This document shows, one piece after another, positions 39,741-53,006 of a stretch of DNA of 64,000 nucleotides. A program made the translations under genes and the position numbers. Position 1 is the stretch's first letter; each line of letters begins with the position of its first letter. The DNA is taken from assembly GCF_022539665.2 (NCBI RefSeq), contig NC_081331.1, forward strand, positions 5,146,001 to 5,210,000. Direction: 5' to 3'. Source of the DNA: Daphnia carinata (lineage: Eukaryota). A model generated the notes under the pieces. The model was not told the DNA's origin. It did not search any database and saw nothing but the letters and a program-made list of their open reading frames with translations.

Positions 39741-42248
39741 TCAACTCCAAGATTCCGATTGTAGAGTCCACTGCTGCTCCGACGAACCATCGCAATTATG
39801 TACGGAAACCTCTCCTGGAGTTTCTGGCGGACGCGAAATGGACAAACATCGGCCGGAATTGCCATGAACAATGGCGTTCGTTCTTAAATTATGGTGCCAC
39901 AATTGTTTGCTAAACCCAGAGCAAGCCATTGCACGAGCTTCACCGTCTAAATCATCGACACAAAGCGATTCGTCGGACATAATATAACCGACATGCGTAC
40001 GACCATCTTTCTTGGTACTGTTCCATGTGGCAACCCACAAATGTGCTTCAAACCACTGCGTAAGGCATGGAACGAGCTTAAGGCGTCCAACCGGTTGGGA
40101 TACACCTCCACCGCCAAGAGGTCGCTCTAAACATTTGCCAGTTGCTTTATGAATGATCTGAATGCACATAGTTAATGATGAGCAAACGGTAAGGCCAAAG
40201 ATCATACTCAGGGAAAATAGATGCAAAGCATTTGATACCTTTCCGAAAAACCTGTCTGATGCAGGGAAAAAGTTCTCAGGCCAAACGTTCTTCAAGTACC
40301 AATTAAAATCATTGCATTTGAGCCTATCTCGCAATGCAAGGCGTGACCGGATGGACTGGGCATCACGAAGACGGTTGGCTTCTGAGAAAAGCGAGAAAAA
40401 AATACAACATTACGCGAAGCAACGACAGAGAGAAAAAAAAACGAATAGGGTTACATTTACCAGGGTTCATTTTGAAAAAGAATTCTTTCCATTCGTCCAT
40501 CCATACTAGTGCAGCTCGAGCAAGATTTGAATAGAGGATTTGATTCACCCCACCTGGAAAGGTGTAAGGACTTGATTTCCGGAATACGTGAGCGACATGG
40601 CTACATGGGGACGTTTCTACTCGCCCACCACACTGCCAAATCTGTACGAAAAATTGCAATGCATACATTATGGTCATTATTTTATGTTATTTATTAATTA
40701 TGTTAAAAAATAATAATAAATAAAAATTTATTCTATTTTTATCCTATTTCTTTTTTCAACCCTATTTTGATCAACTTACTCGTAAAGACATTTCAATGTT
40801 TTCGCCACCCCAAATATCCATCTGGTCGTCGTATGTTCCAACCTTTTCAAAATAATCTCTGCCAATTGCAAATAATCCGCCTGCCATCACTGGAGTCCTG
40901 AAAGGAATGGTCATGTTCCCACGTCTTTCCTAATAACAAAAAGGATGAATATTACAAAAAATACGTCCGATACAGTATTATTAAGAGATGCTATAACAAT
41001 CCGGATTCTAATGAGCTAAATAATTCATGATCAATATAAACGGATTATCATACCGACATTAAGGTTTCTGATGCACCAAACCATCGGAAGTGCAGATTCC
41101 ACGACATACCTCCGTGATGAAGTTCGAAACTTCGTAGGAGGGCAAAGCTGTCGTCACTAATAATGTCAATTATTGGACATACGGCTGAGTTTGGGTTCAT
41201 TTTTATACGATACAGAAGTGGCTCAAGCCAACCAACAGTAGTTTCGCAGTGGGCATCCAGAAATGTTAGCACATCACCTGAATAGTGAACAGGTGTAGAA
41301 TGAAATACTTAAGAAAATTTAATCATATAATACCAGTGGCCTTTCGAGCTCCCATGAGTCTGGCTCGTACCAGACCAATTCTCTTGTCTGATCGTAAAAC
41401 CATAACTGTTACGGCTAATTTGCTAACATGATCCTCCAGTGGCTTCCCTAGGAAAGCTTAAAAAAAAGCAAGAGCATTTAATTATTGAAATAAATTTTAC
41501 ACGTAAACTAAAGACTAACTTCTGTTGCTCGCATCATCTACAAGAATAATTTCCCATAACACTTTGGCTGGTGATCGATTTATAACAGAGTGAACTGTTC
41601 TCAGCAAAGTGCTCCATGCCTCATTATGAAAAACAATGATAACTGAAGTAGTAGGAAGTTCATTGACATTGTACGTGAGAACTTTGCACCTGTAAGGAAA
41701 AAATGTTGATTACAAAAAAAGTAAACCAAATAAATCGTCATGTGTTTTCACTGACTGTGGTTTTCTAATATCAGGTAGTGTTCTGTTCAAAGGGATGCGA
41801 TCACTTGCAAGAAGGTTGAATCTGTGAATCCTATACAAGCTCTGAGACTGAGACTGCTCATGAGGTAGAATTGCAACAGGTTCTCCCCATTCTCCTTGTG
41901 ATGGATGAGGATTAAAGTTGTTTTGATTGAGAATTTCTTCAGTTAAATTTGGATGAGATGGGCCAGGCAATGAATCTCCAACATAGCGCCCAACCACTAC
42001 ATGAATTCCTCTCGAATCAATATACTCTCTTTGATTCTTACCAAACCTAATTTCAAAATCATTAGTATGGAAGCCACCATGGATTGATTGATTGAGAACT
42101 TACTTAATGGGTATAGCGACATCGTCATTTTTCAAGTCCCATCCTAAATCATCGTGCTTTGCTCTTGGCTTGTTCGCTAGCCATAGAATAAACAAACTTG
42201 CAACTACAGCAATCAATAGTTTAACACACCTTGCAAACCGCATTTCAT
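39741..42248 (-). CDS. Polypeptide N-acetylgalactosaminyltransferase (GT27) with a C-terminal ricin-type lectin domain, multi-exon
   Basis: Type II signal anchor [62 protein letters not shown]; DxH motif [29 protein letters not shown]; QxW lectin repeats. Confidence 0.95.
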
Positions 42249-42416
42249 GAAACCTTCACTAATGCTTCATTATGTAAATTAATTGAGTATCTAGCAGAAT
42301 CCTAACACAAAAAGAAACAACTATAAATGTTACATAGAATTACAGAATTTCAAAAACCAACGAGGATAGGTTTAATGCTAGCAGACGATGTGCATGTGCC
42401 TTTAACACAAACTCTA

Positions 42417-43114
42417 ATGTCGAATTCCAATGGGTGCACTAGAGTTGACCTGGGGCAATTTTTTGCCCTAAGTATGTTCCAATGGACTGACGGGGCAACT
42501 ATTTTTCAGAGCAACTCTGGTTTTTTGTGTTCCAATGGCTGCCCCAAATTTTTGGAGTTGCCCTAAAACTGCCCTTTCGGGCGCTCACAAAAACTGACTT
42601 TTTTCCAGTTTTTCAAACCCTGAACGGGGTACTTTTCAGCAGACGAATTTTTTATTTTCTTGCAGACGAATTCTTTGTTGTTACAGTTAGTTTGTTTGTT
42701 ATTGTTATTTTGTTGTTGTTTTATAGTGAGGAGACTTTTACTACGAGTTTCCTGATTCAAAAAATGAGGATTAGTGTCCTACGTCAGGTAAAGTATTTCC
42801 CATTGAATAGATTTTTTTTTAAATTTGGTAAGTTGCACCAGCGATTCTGGAACGATCTTGGCTGATTTTCGCTCTTCGTTTGCCATTAACCATCAAGCTC
42901 TAAATTAAGCCATATCGGCGCCGTAACGGTAAAAAATGGTTTGAAATCACCAGGTAGGCTATTTACATGTTAATGTACCACAGCACTGATTAACTCCAGT
43001 TACTTATAATATTACAGGAACCATTTGTAGCCACCAAAAGCCTGGCAATGCCCCGGCTGGTGCATGACGTCATGCCTAGTTTTCTAACTGCCCTAACCCT
43101 ATGGAATTCGACAT
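42417..43114. mobile_element. Candidate non-autonomous DNA transposon (MITE-like), about 700 bp
   Basis: Perfect 13-bp inverted repeat ATGTCGAATTCCA (42417) / TGGAATTCGACAT (43102-43114). Internal TTCCAATGG and GGGGCAA/TTGCCC repeats near the left end. No clean target-site duplication. Confidence 0.4.
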
Positions 43115-46100
43115 CAAGTGGGATTTTAGATCCATTATTTAATTATGAACCTGATTAATTGTGAATTCTGTTTGCAGAAAATAGTAGAGAAAAGGTACAA
43201 TTTGGGATTTTTTTTTCCTGATGGGATAAATTAAATAGGACCCAGACGTCTTCCCATGTATTATACGTGTATATGTGTACATGTATTCAAGTATATTCGT
43301 TGGGTCTACTGTGTGCGAATGGACGTGATCAAGTTGACTTGATAAAAAATGTTGATGTAAGAGTAACATAAAAAAAATTGTGTCAAAATGATATTTGAAT
43401 TTCAAACAAGATCAAAGCTTCCCAAATTGCCTTACATTCGGATAATAGAAACTTATGTGACTACTCGAGGTTCATGCCTTAAACCAGCATCAAGATACCC
43501 ATGTCACGTTCCGCGCACTTTTGAATAGCTTAGCTAATGTGGTCACTGAAACGAGGAGCTATTGTAGCGGTGCGTGCCGTCTTTTCAACGCTTATGCTAA
43601 AGATTTTCTTTTCCTATTAAAGAACCTATACTAGACCTGAAGGATTCGTGAAAATATTTCAGAAATCCTGAAACATCATGCACTTACCTCGTTTGATTTC
43701 CATTTCACCAATTCTTCAAAGTTACATAAAATTGTATTATATCATTTTCTTTTTCTAATTTTCAGCCAGACATTTAAAAGAGAACGACAACAGGAAGCTT
43801 TATGCGGTAATACATCCAGAAGCTTCACTTCCATAAAAGCCAGCATATGTTCACGTGAAACGGCGCCCACCAGACGATATTACCTCAGTTTGCCTTTCAT
43901 TTTTTCCCCCTAGCAAATGGAAACGAAGTGGAACGTTTCCGGCAAAGACCATTGACCTCTACCAGGCGTTCGTTGGTTTTCAAGCTGTTACCAAGGCTAT
44001 ATAATACTAATTCGAAGGTTATGCTTGAGGCCTAGGAATAAACAGCCAACTCAGAGATCCTAACGTGAGACATTATTCGTTCACCACCTTAATCTAAATA
44101 GAAATTGTTGCCGGATTTCGATGACAGCAGGAGAGTATTTTAAACAATCATTAATAATGAAAAGGAAGCACAATGCTAGGTGAAACGCAGAAAAAGGATC
44201 AAAGTTTTCATTTTGATAATGCTAAAAATGGAAACCAGTAGCTCACCGCATCACCATTTATTCGAGAGCAAACTGCGCTTGGTTTGATACAATTTTCATA
44301 TTAAGCCTCTTTCTTTGGTTGCATTTGTTTGTCTTCCATGCAGAAGATCAGAAGCGGAAGAAAATGGACTATGACGTCAATTCATGATGGCATTATAAAG
44401 CAAAGGAACAAGTGAAGGTAAAAACGCATAATTCAATCTATTTTACATCGAAAAAGGGCAAGATTTGTATAAAATTATTACCAGGGCTAGAGATCGATGA
44501 GCCATCGCATTTCCCTCGCCAATTTCATTTAACGAAATCAAACCGTCCACTGCTCAGCTGCTGCGAGAATAAAAAAGAAATTCAAAAAGAAAGGCCGGCC
44601 AAAACGAGTTTCTAGATCCTACTGTCGCTATACGATAAAGCAAGGGCGCATGCATGTCATGTTGTAATGAAATGTTCTTCTACGACGTTTTGTTTGATGT
44701 TGACTCCATGGTTCTGAAGGGAAGATGTATAGTGTGGGCCAGTGGAAGGCTGGCGTCTTATTACGCGAACAACGACGACACTATGAAGTCATCTTGTTTC
44801 TTGTTCTCCTGTCTGCTTTTCTATTTATTCACCGTTTCATATCCAACTAATATCTGAACGTGCATAGGCTTCTCTAAAAAAAAGGCCATCGTTTTTCTTG
44901 CTCGGGTATTGTGTGACGTACTTTTCACGTTTCCCTTTTCGTTTGGAAATTCCTTTGAGTCTTCAGGGGCGGAATCTTGTATTCCTTTTGAAGCTAATTA
45001 ATCACGTGAACAGTTTCTTTTTCATAATAGAGATTGCCATGCTGAAATAGGGAGTCCTTTATGAAGGACAGACTAGCATGATCAAAGAGAGATTTCTCTC
45101 CGTTGAACTGATAACGTCCTCTCTTGAATCGGAATTTGACTGCCAAGTTTTGGATCAAACTTTGAATAACCTAGCGAATAGCCATGGCATAAAATATTTG
45201 CATTCTAAATATGATTTTTTTTATGGACGCGCATGATTTTGTTTGATTAATTTTTGCTAAAGGCATTTGCTTTCCCGTTTGCCGATGTACTGGCTTGACA
45301 TTTTGCGTTGGTCATTAGGAGATTGAATGAGCTGTCGAGTCGTGTTTATCGTTCGGAATATTCATTGCGTTCTTGTATATAACCTCAAGGTCGATTGCGG
45401 AGTGGATTCGGGCAACAATCACTCCCCGGGAGGCCTTGGCTTTAATGTTAATCCTTACAGTATTTAGAAGTTTGCTAGGCAAGAGTTAGATCCCATTACC
45501 TTGCTCTTCCACTAATCTATACATTGGAAATCAAACCGTCAGTCTGCTTTCATCCATCATTCGTTGTATGCCCGTTCGCTTCCTTCATCCGGTGGTGTTC
45601 CAAAGATATCGATCTACCAATTGCGCTGGCGTCAGTAGTGGGAGGACAGGTAGGATCAGCGTCCGTCTCCAAACCTATTACGTCGCTTGTTATGAAGTAC
45701 CAATGACGATATACCGAAGTTAGTTTGACAAAAAACCGAAAACTTTTGATTGCGAAATAGAAACTGACTTGAAAACTTGAGTGATGGAGGAACAGATGCT
45801 GTTTTGCTTATTCTTATTTTCAATTGGAACATCTGCCAGAAAGCCATTGAGTCAACACAGCAGTGACCATCGAGCTTGAGCAGCTTGGGGACGCCAATAA
45901 GTCAGGAAAACAATAGACGCACTAGAAGGGGGTCTTCAGTGCCTCCTGATGACAAATGATAATGAATATATTCCATCGCAATTAGAAATGGGGAAGAAAA
46001 AAAGGAAAGGGAGACAAGGACTGCTGCTGATCTGCTGTGGATGACGGACTGTTGGGAATACATGATGGGGATTTTTATATGGGGAAGCCAACGAAACGAA

Positions 46101-48045
46101 AGGATATAAAAACCTGGTGATTGAGTATAGGTGAAAGAAGAGGATACCAACTGATGTAGAGCAACATCTCAGCCATAAAAACAATCGACCTTGTGAGATC
46201 GAAGCAATTAACGGGCTGCAAGAACTACTTGTTGTACGTCCTCTCCAGAAATCTCAACATCATTGACAATTAAAATGTAGGGCAATTAAAAAGGTTTAAC
46301 TCTTCTTACGTGTTTATACCAAGTTGTCATGCATTGCTTTTCCATCAGAAAGAAATAATGAAACCCTTCCCAAAAAATCTCTGACTGAAAAACTGGATGG
46401 ACATCTTTAAGTCTTATCACCGAGGATTGTATAACTTACATAAGGGAAACGTTTGAATCCGGAGAAGGGTCAATCTGATATCAGGGCATCGTAGAGCTTA
46501 TAGGTTTTAGGTCCGTATACGTAAAACATTTTTCAGTTACTTTAAGACTTTGGAAGAAAAAAAAATTGAATTCCATCTGATCCCTTGGACTTGGTTTAAC
46601 ACTCAAGACAGCCATGATTCCATCGAAAGATATATACATTTTGTTTTTACCAGAATAGAAATCTTTTTTGCTTTTTAGCTATACAAATGTCCTTTTTTTC
46701 TAAGAAGACGAAGAGGAATGATGGTCAAGAGTTTTGGTTCTTGATAATTGGAATTGGAACATAATTGGATGTTTTTCTATGGTAGGCTAGAAAAAGAAGG
46801 CTAGACACAAATATAATAGTGGCCCCCCACTAGCAGTGCCAACAACATGCACACCTGTCTTCAGCACACATGACAATTCTTCTCTATCCAGATGGGCCTA
46901 CAAGTCATTCGTCTAGAGAGGTCCTATGGACTCGTTTGGTAGCATGAGTCTATTTTTTTTTGAATTATTTTGTGTGTGTCTAGTTCCTATTTTATCACTG
47001 GGAAAAAACGAGAATTAAGGCTTTTGGTCAGGGCATTCAATGGCTAGTCGTCTGGCTAGTCGTTGGGCACTGATTTGTGTGGACAGCCGTGTCACTCAAA
47101 CCAGCTGGAAATCCACATCGACCATCAAATCCTCTCGACTACGCTGCTCTCCCTCGTTGACTTTACAATAACTCACTCCCACTTGTGTGTGTGTTTTTTT
47201 TTGTGTTGTCCTTATAATAAAGAAAAGACTTTTTTCGTTAGAAAGTTCGCGTAAGTCTCCTATAACTTCAGAAGGCAAGGATAGAACAAATGTAATAGCA
47301 CTTTACTTGGTAAAAAGAGGCGTTAGAATAAAACCCAATTCTCTTGTGGGTTCGTTATATATATTCTAGAAAGCCAATCGGTCGTTAACAACACGATATT
47401 AACGAACTTCGTTGTAATAACGAATTCAAAATGGATGGAGCCCTCCCTCTTTTTATGAATCTGATGGATGACAACAAACTTGGCCAGGAACTTTGTAATT
47501 TGGGTTGACTAATGATTTTGTCAAACGAAACTATTTTTTAAAATAATCAGCAGTTTTATGGAATGTGATAAATTATAAGAACCCATCTGACTCTTCCAAC
47601 TGAGCTGTCGTGTCTATATCCATTGGACCCGGAATTGTGTGGATGTCGTCAACAGGAAAAATGCGCGATCGTCCTTATTTTTTAAAAGTTTTTCTTATTT
47701 CTAGTTCCTTTTTTCTTTCCAAAGTAAGAAAAAGGGCGTATTTTGATGATGATGACTGCCCTTAGTGCTAGGCAGGGGGGCTTGGTGGATTGGGCCTAGC
47801 ACGTGGCCCCCATTATCCAGCTTAAGTCTTAAGTCAACTCGAACAAAAAAACTGAAATTCCCCTTAGATACGTAGAAGTGGGGGGCTTGTCGTTTTAAGC
47901 CTTTACTCCTCAATCCTCATGGAGAAGTACGTTGGAGATTTGATTCTCCATCAACAAGAGTAGGACAAATAAAACGTTATACATCAGAATTGCTCCAACC
48001 CCATCCTCGTCCGTCGAAATGCCAAATTTCTACCTGCCATCCACC

Positions 48046-48052
48046 TATAAAA
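48046..48052 (+). promoter_or_regulatory. TATA box of the Dickkopf-like gene
   Basis: TATAAAA about 30 nt upstream of an Inr-like TCAATC (48077-48082) and about 125 nt upstream of the ATG. Confidence 0.55.
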
Positions 48053-48172
48053 CGCAGCCGAGTGTTCCACATGTCTTCAATCGTCTCTCAGCTTCTCAGT
48101 TCGTTTCGTTTCACTGTGCTCCATTGGACTAAACATTTACTCGCCGTTTCTTCATATTCATCCCGCAAAACC

Positions 48173-50382
48173 ATGAGGAAGTTACTCCTGGCATCGTTGG
48201 TCGTCTTGTTGGCCGTCGAGACGGTGCACGGCCTGGTCTGGTCGCTGGTTTTAGGCAATCCCGTCATCGACATGAAAGACGAGTCGTCCAAAACAAGACT
48301 CGATGACGACGTGGAGGATAGTTCCGAAGACGTCAGTGATATCGAGCATCCGCGGAATACCAAACTGAAGTTACCAAGGAACTCGTCGTTATCGAGCGGT
48401 TCACGACCGACGAGACAACATCACGGACAAGTAAGCTGAAAATAAAAACAAATTGCAATTTTCACCATTTGAAAACTACGCTTTTCATTTGTTTTGACGG
48501 TGATCGATTATGGATATAACGTTATGGGTTTTTTAAAGCAGGATAAATGTATGGAAGATAGACAATGTGGTAAAGGACGGTTCTGCGATCTTCACTACGG
48601 AGTCTGCCGGACGGAAAAGTCGCCCGGCTTCGCTTGCCGCCGGGATAGGATGTGCGGCAAAGGTCTGGCGTGCATGTTTGGACGTTGCCAGGCGAAAATA
48701 GCGACAGGAGAAGAAGGTAAGCCAACGATCCTCTTATTTTTTTTTCTTTCCTTACTCGTGTCTCGTTCCAGTTCACCAATCCTATTTAAAGGTAAAAAGG
48801 ATCAAAGTCATATTCAATATTCTCCCGGTCGATGTTGACGTGAGCGGGAAACTAGACAGTATGGCCTAAGGCACTCACGAATCCCGATGGAGCTCACTAC
48901 TATAAAAACGAGAGCGGGGGGGGGAGGGTAATGTGAGTGCAACGATCAGAACTGGGTGGAAGTGCAAACTTTGGTTTTTACAATTGAATTTCGTTGGAGC
49001 TACAAACTCTTACGCCGTACTTTAAAGTGTTCCATTAGTCTATTTTTTTTTCTCCAGTTCGCCATGACGTGCATATTTAAAAGAGCAACACACTTTTGCG
49101 CTAAAAATAAAGTGGGACTCGACACTCGTCGATCAAGTTTTCACTTGTTGGATCTTATTTGACATATTTAAAACATTGCCCTCTTCTTTTTTGTTTGGAT
49201 TATTCAAGGATCCCGTTGCCATGGCAATTCGGATTGTCAAGCCGGCCTTTGCTGCGCCCGTCGTCACGGCGAAGCTGTGTGCCAGCGCAAATTGACGCTG
49301 GGTCAGCGCTGTTTCGTTCCCGATGGCGGCCTCGAGTATTCACTCAATCAGCTTTGTCCGTGTGACGTTGGATTAGTTTGTCGACAGCAGAATCCTGTCC
49401 ATGCCAGTGACTCTCCATCCAGTCAAGAAGACAACAGCTTCGATCGTCCCAACAGCACGTAAGTGGCATTCGCTAACAGCACTCAACACGATCTATTGCA
49501 TAGCCTTTACTTTGTGTTTACGCCATAGAGCGTTGCCCAGCAGAAACGGTTCAGAGGGTTTCTCAATATCCCATTTATTGAACCATTACTGGCGAAGCTC
49601 ATATATTTTTTTTAATCCGCGCAAAGCCTTCGTGCGGAACCAAATGAGAATTGCGAGCGAAAACGTAGGACCCCATTTGATTTAGTTCATCATCCACCCT
49701 CATTACGGTCAAAGCGAGACCTATTTTCTATTTGAGTAACACATCTACGTAGTAGGGATAGGATTTCTAATCGCTATACGTTTATTTTTCCATCCATCTG
49801 GGGTCGTTATTTAAGCAAAAGCGTAAGGCAGTTCTTAATGGATGCTTACCCTTAATAGGTATGCCCTTTGGAAAAGACGTTTAAGAAATACGAGACGCGT
49901 TGCTTATGAGCGCATTATTAATACCCCATTTTTTCGTTTCCCATCTGCGTTTCACTTTTTGTGATCGATACAGTCATTGAGAATCGCTGAACGAGAACCG
50001 ACCACTTTCAGTCGTCATTCTTATTCCGCCTTCCAATAGGGGGACACATATACCATTGCGAGATGATAAGTTATGTAGGTTTATATTCTTGACGAATGGG
50101 TTTCCGTCACATTTTTTAAGTGGGCATTACTCACTTCCGCTTTTTTGGGTGCCTTTTACACACGACTTACATTTTTATTTGGACATGTTTTTTTTTACTG
50201 TTTTGTTAATGATGCACAGTGACACGGCAATTAGTGATACTCATCCGACTGGAGCGATATGGATATTGATTTGTTTTGTTTTCTTAATTGTTTCTAGGAA
50301 CTCGGAGAATTTCCCATTTTGGACTAGCACGGAGAACATGCGATGTACGTTTCACGAAATGGGAGACAATCGTGCGTCTTAA
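48173..50382 (+). CDS. Dickkopf-related secreted protein, Dkk3-like (exons 48173-48430, 48542-48716, 49209-49458, 50298-50382)
   Basis: Signal peptide MRKLLLASLVVLLAVETVHG. CRD1 is CMEDRQCGKGRFC...CRRDRMCGKGLACMFGRC, followed by a short linker. CRD2 is GSRCHGNSDCQAGLCCARRHGEAVC...GQRC...LCPCDVGLVC, with the last Cys (MRC) in the final exon. Confidence 0.88.
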
Positions 50383-51686
50383 TGTCTTACGTCGCTCGCT
50401 GCCACCGTTCGAAACATCGACGGATGGAGCCATCTGTTTGCCTTGTAACTGTACAGTTTTCCCGCGTCCTCTTTAAACGTTCCCCTGCTCTACAAATGTA
50501 AAAATTATCTATCAGCTAAGTAATAATCGATCCTATTCATTAAATTAAAATGTTGTTTACTCGACGAGAATCTAAAATGCGAGAAGGAAAAAAGAACAAG
50601 TAACTTTGTTTTGCACATTACCGTGTACAGTAATACAGCCCATTGAGAATGGACATTATGTTGTTTGAAGATATTGCATAATACATTCGTTTTATCTTTT
50701 CCTGTCAAACGCCGATACGAACCTGCCTTTCTATATTGACAATGAAGTGGGATGGAACGGGAGGGGCAGCAATAGAATGTGCTGGAGAAAGGGCGCCCTT
50801 TGTCCCGCGTGTAAAAGCAAATTATACCGAAGCCATTTTATGATATGGGGTACAGAGTACGTTTGGCGTGAGGTAGTCTACCTGCCGTCACAAGGTTTTT
50901 GTTACTGATTGTCTGTTGCTAACAGGAGATTCGGTTGTGTTAGTTACGTAAAATAGCCTATACAACAGACTTACGCAAATCTCTAGGATAACTGATGCAA
51001 AGTGGAGGGTCCGAAGAATTTACAATTCATAAACCATTTAAAGTAATGTCGTAGGAGTGCAGACATGAAGTTGGATGAATTTCAAATGAACCAAAAATCA
51101 TGCGGAACTTATTCTCAATTTCAAAGTGGACCGTGTCGCTAAATGTTTCGATCTTAAGAACTAAAAGGTACAGCTCAAAAACGAAGAGGTCGATAGATAT
51201 CTGCTTCGGCAGATTGTATGAAAGGTTTACTGCAGCTTGTATGAACGAAAATGATTGTTTCATAACTAATGAATATTTCATCAGTTTTTTAAAGTCCATA
51301 ATGCACGTGTCAGACCGTTTTGATAACGTACAAAATTCCTTTATTTACTTTAAACCTGAAACATTGGAATAGCTCAAAAACGGCTAACGTGTTTGCATAG
51401 ACTCCGGTCATTCAATAAAGAAAGACAGGGCAACATACTGTGAGAAAAACAGACCAAACCACCTTGAACAAAGTATTGTACAGTACAACCGAAACTTGGT
51501 ATCATCGAAAAGGCAAGCTAGTACATTGTTATCAGACATCGTGGGTAGTCACGTAGGCCACAATTTTACTTGCTGACTGACTTATCCATTATTTAGTCCT
51601 CTTGTTCAAATAAGCATTTGATACAGATGACTTTTGATACCTGTAGATCCCCACGTAGACAACAGCCAATGTAAACGATAACGTGG

Positions 51687-51718
51687 TATATAAGGAACTT
51701 CATTTCCTGATGTTAGTC
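51687..51718 (+). promoter_or_regulatory. TATA plus Inr core promoter of EndoU copy 1 (same layout at 60697-60728 for copy 2)
   Basis: TATATAA at 51687 and arthropod Inr-like TTAGTC at 51713, kept in both copies. A 5'UTR intron ends directly at the ATG. Confidence 0.7.
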
Positions 51719-51855
51719 ACATTGGAACGTACCAGCTGCTTAAAGCAAGTCACGACCCAAGTTCTCAAAAAGGTAAAAACATAGTTTCTTAATTGTAATC
51801 TGAGAAACTATCGTATTCATTTGACTAAATGGTGATTATCATGTGACTGCCTTAG

Positions 51856-53006
51856 ATGAAACTCTTCGCCATCGTCTCAGTCCTCGTTTTGGCAATTGGT
51901 GCATCCAGCGCCAAGGGTCTCCGTGCCAGTAAGTTATCTAGTTTTCACCTTTTCTTTGCAATGTTCGTACTGTTTCGAAAATTGGACACTCTAGTGCAAT
52001 CCATCACAATGGAAATCTCGTTCATAAATTTTTCTATCCAGCTCCCATCACCGACGATGAATTGCTGACCCTGTCCAGAGACCTGCACGCCAACGATGTC
52101 AATGGAGCCACTCTCACATTGGATCTCCAAGGCCAGACCACAGCAGGCAGCTTGGTAGACAACGCACCCGGCCGGTAAAAAATGCATTTTGCTAATAATC
52201 CACTGATGGACAACCTACTTTATTAACACATTGCAAACGATTCTAGATTGATTGTCAGTGACCCGATCCCCGACTTTGCCAAGCCAACTTTCGCTGCCGC
52301 CCAGGCTCTGCTCAACAACTACCAGAAGAACGTGACCATCCAGGACACTTTCACTCCCGAACAGTTGGCCGAAGAAGCCGCTTTCATCGACGCCGTCATG
52401 GAAACCGGTGTGATGCAACAGCTTCACGCTTTTCTGGTGTCCAAAGGTAATCGATCCTACTGCCTTTCCCAGTAAACTCCTAAGTTGTAGAACATCTAAT
52501 GATTTAATGTTTGACTTAAATGAAAAACAGGTGAGGCTAGCGCTGATGTTGTCCAATTCAAGCAATTTTTGAGCACCATCTGGTTTGGTCGCTGGTCTGA
52601 ATTCGTCCCTGGTGTTGTCGCTAGCAGCGGATGGGAACACACCAACGTGTTTGAGCGATTGGAGAACAACGTCGTCGTCGGATTCCACAGCTGGATCTAC
52701 TTGTTCAACGAAGAGGAAGATGGTGACTTGAACTATTTGGGCTACATCAATGCCGTCGAAACTGGCAAGACGACCGTCCTTTCCATGCCAGTCGACCTGT
52801 ACGGAAGCACCAAGGCTTCTTCTGAATTCAATATGGGAGCTAGCCCCGAATTGGAACTCGCCATCGGCACCTTGTGCTTCGTTGCCCGCCCCGATGTCCC
52901 TTGCTTCGTCCAGGGTTCCAACGGTGCGCCGTTCACTTGGGATACGCATACCGTTACCTACAACGGAGTCAAATACGTCGAAAGCTCACACCCAACTTTC
53001 GCTTAA
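51856..53006 (+). CDS. Secreted EndoU/XendoU-family poly(U)-specific endoribonuclease, copy 1 (exons 51856-51928, 52042-52174, 52247-52446, 52531-53006)
   Basis: Signal peptide MKLFAIVSVLVLAIGASSA; PTFAAAQALLNNY; EEAAFIDAVMETGVM; SSGWEH...GFHSWIY; GDLNYLGY; K...FNMGASPELELAIGTLCF. The His, His and Lys positions of the EndoU triad are present. Confidence 0.9.

Noticed and set aside
49859..49964. Alternative last exon for the Dickkopf-like gene
   Set aside because: It lacks the tenth CRD2 cysteine, which the 50298-50382 exon supplies.
52215..52949. 244-aa minus-strand ORF
   Set aside because: Antisense shadow of the codon-biased EndoU exons; it is broken in the second copy.
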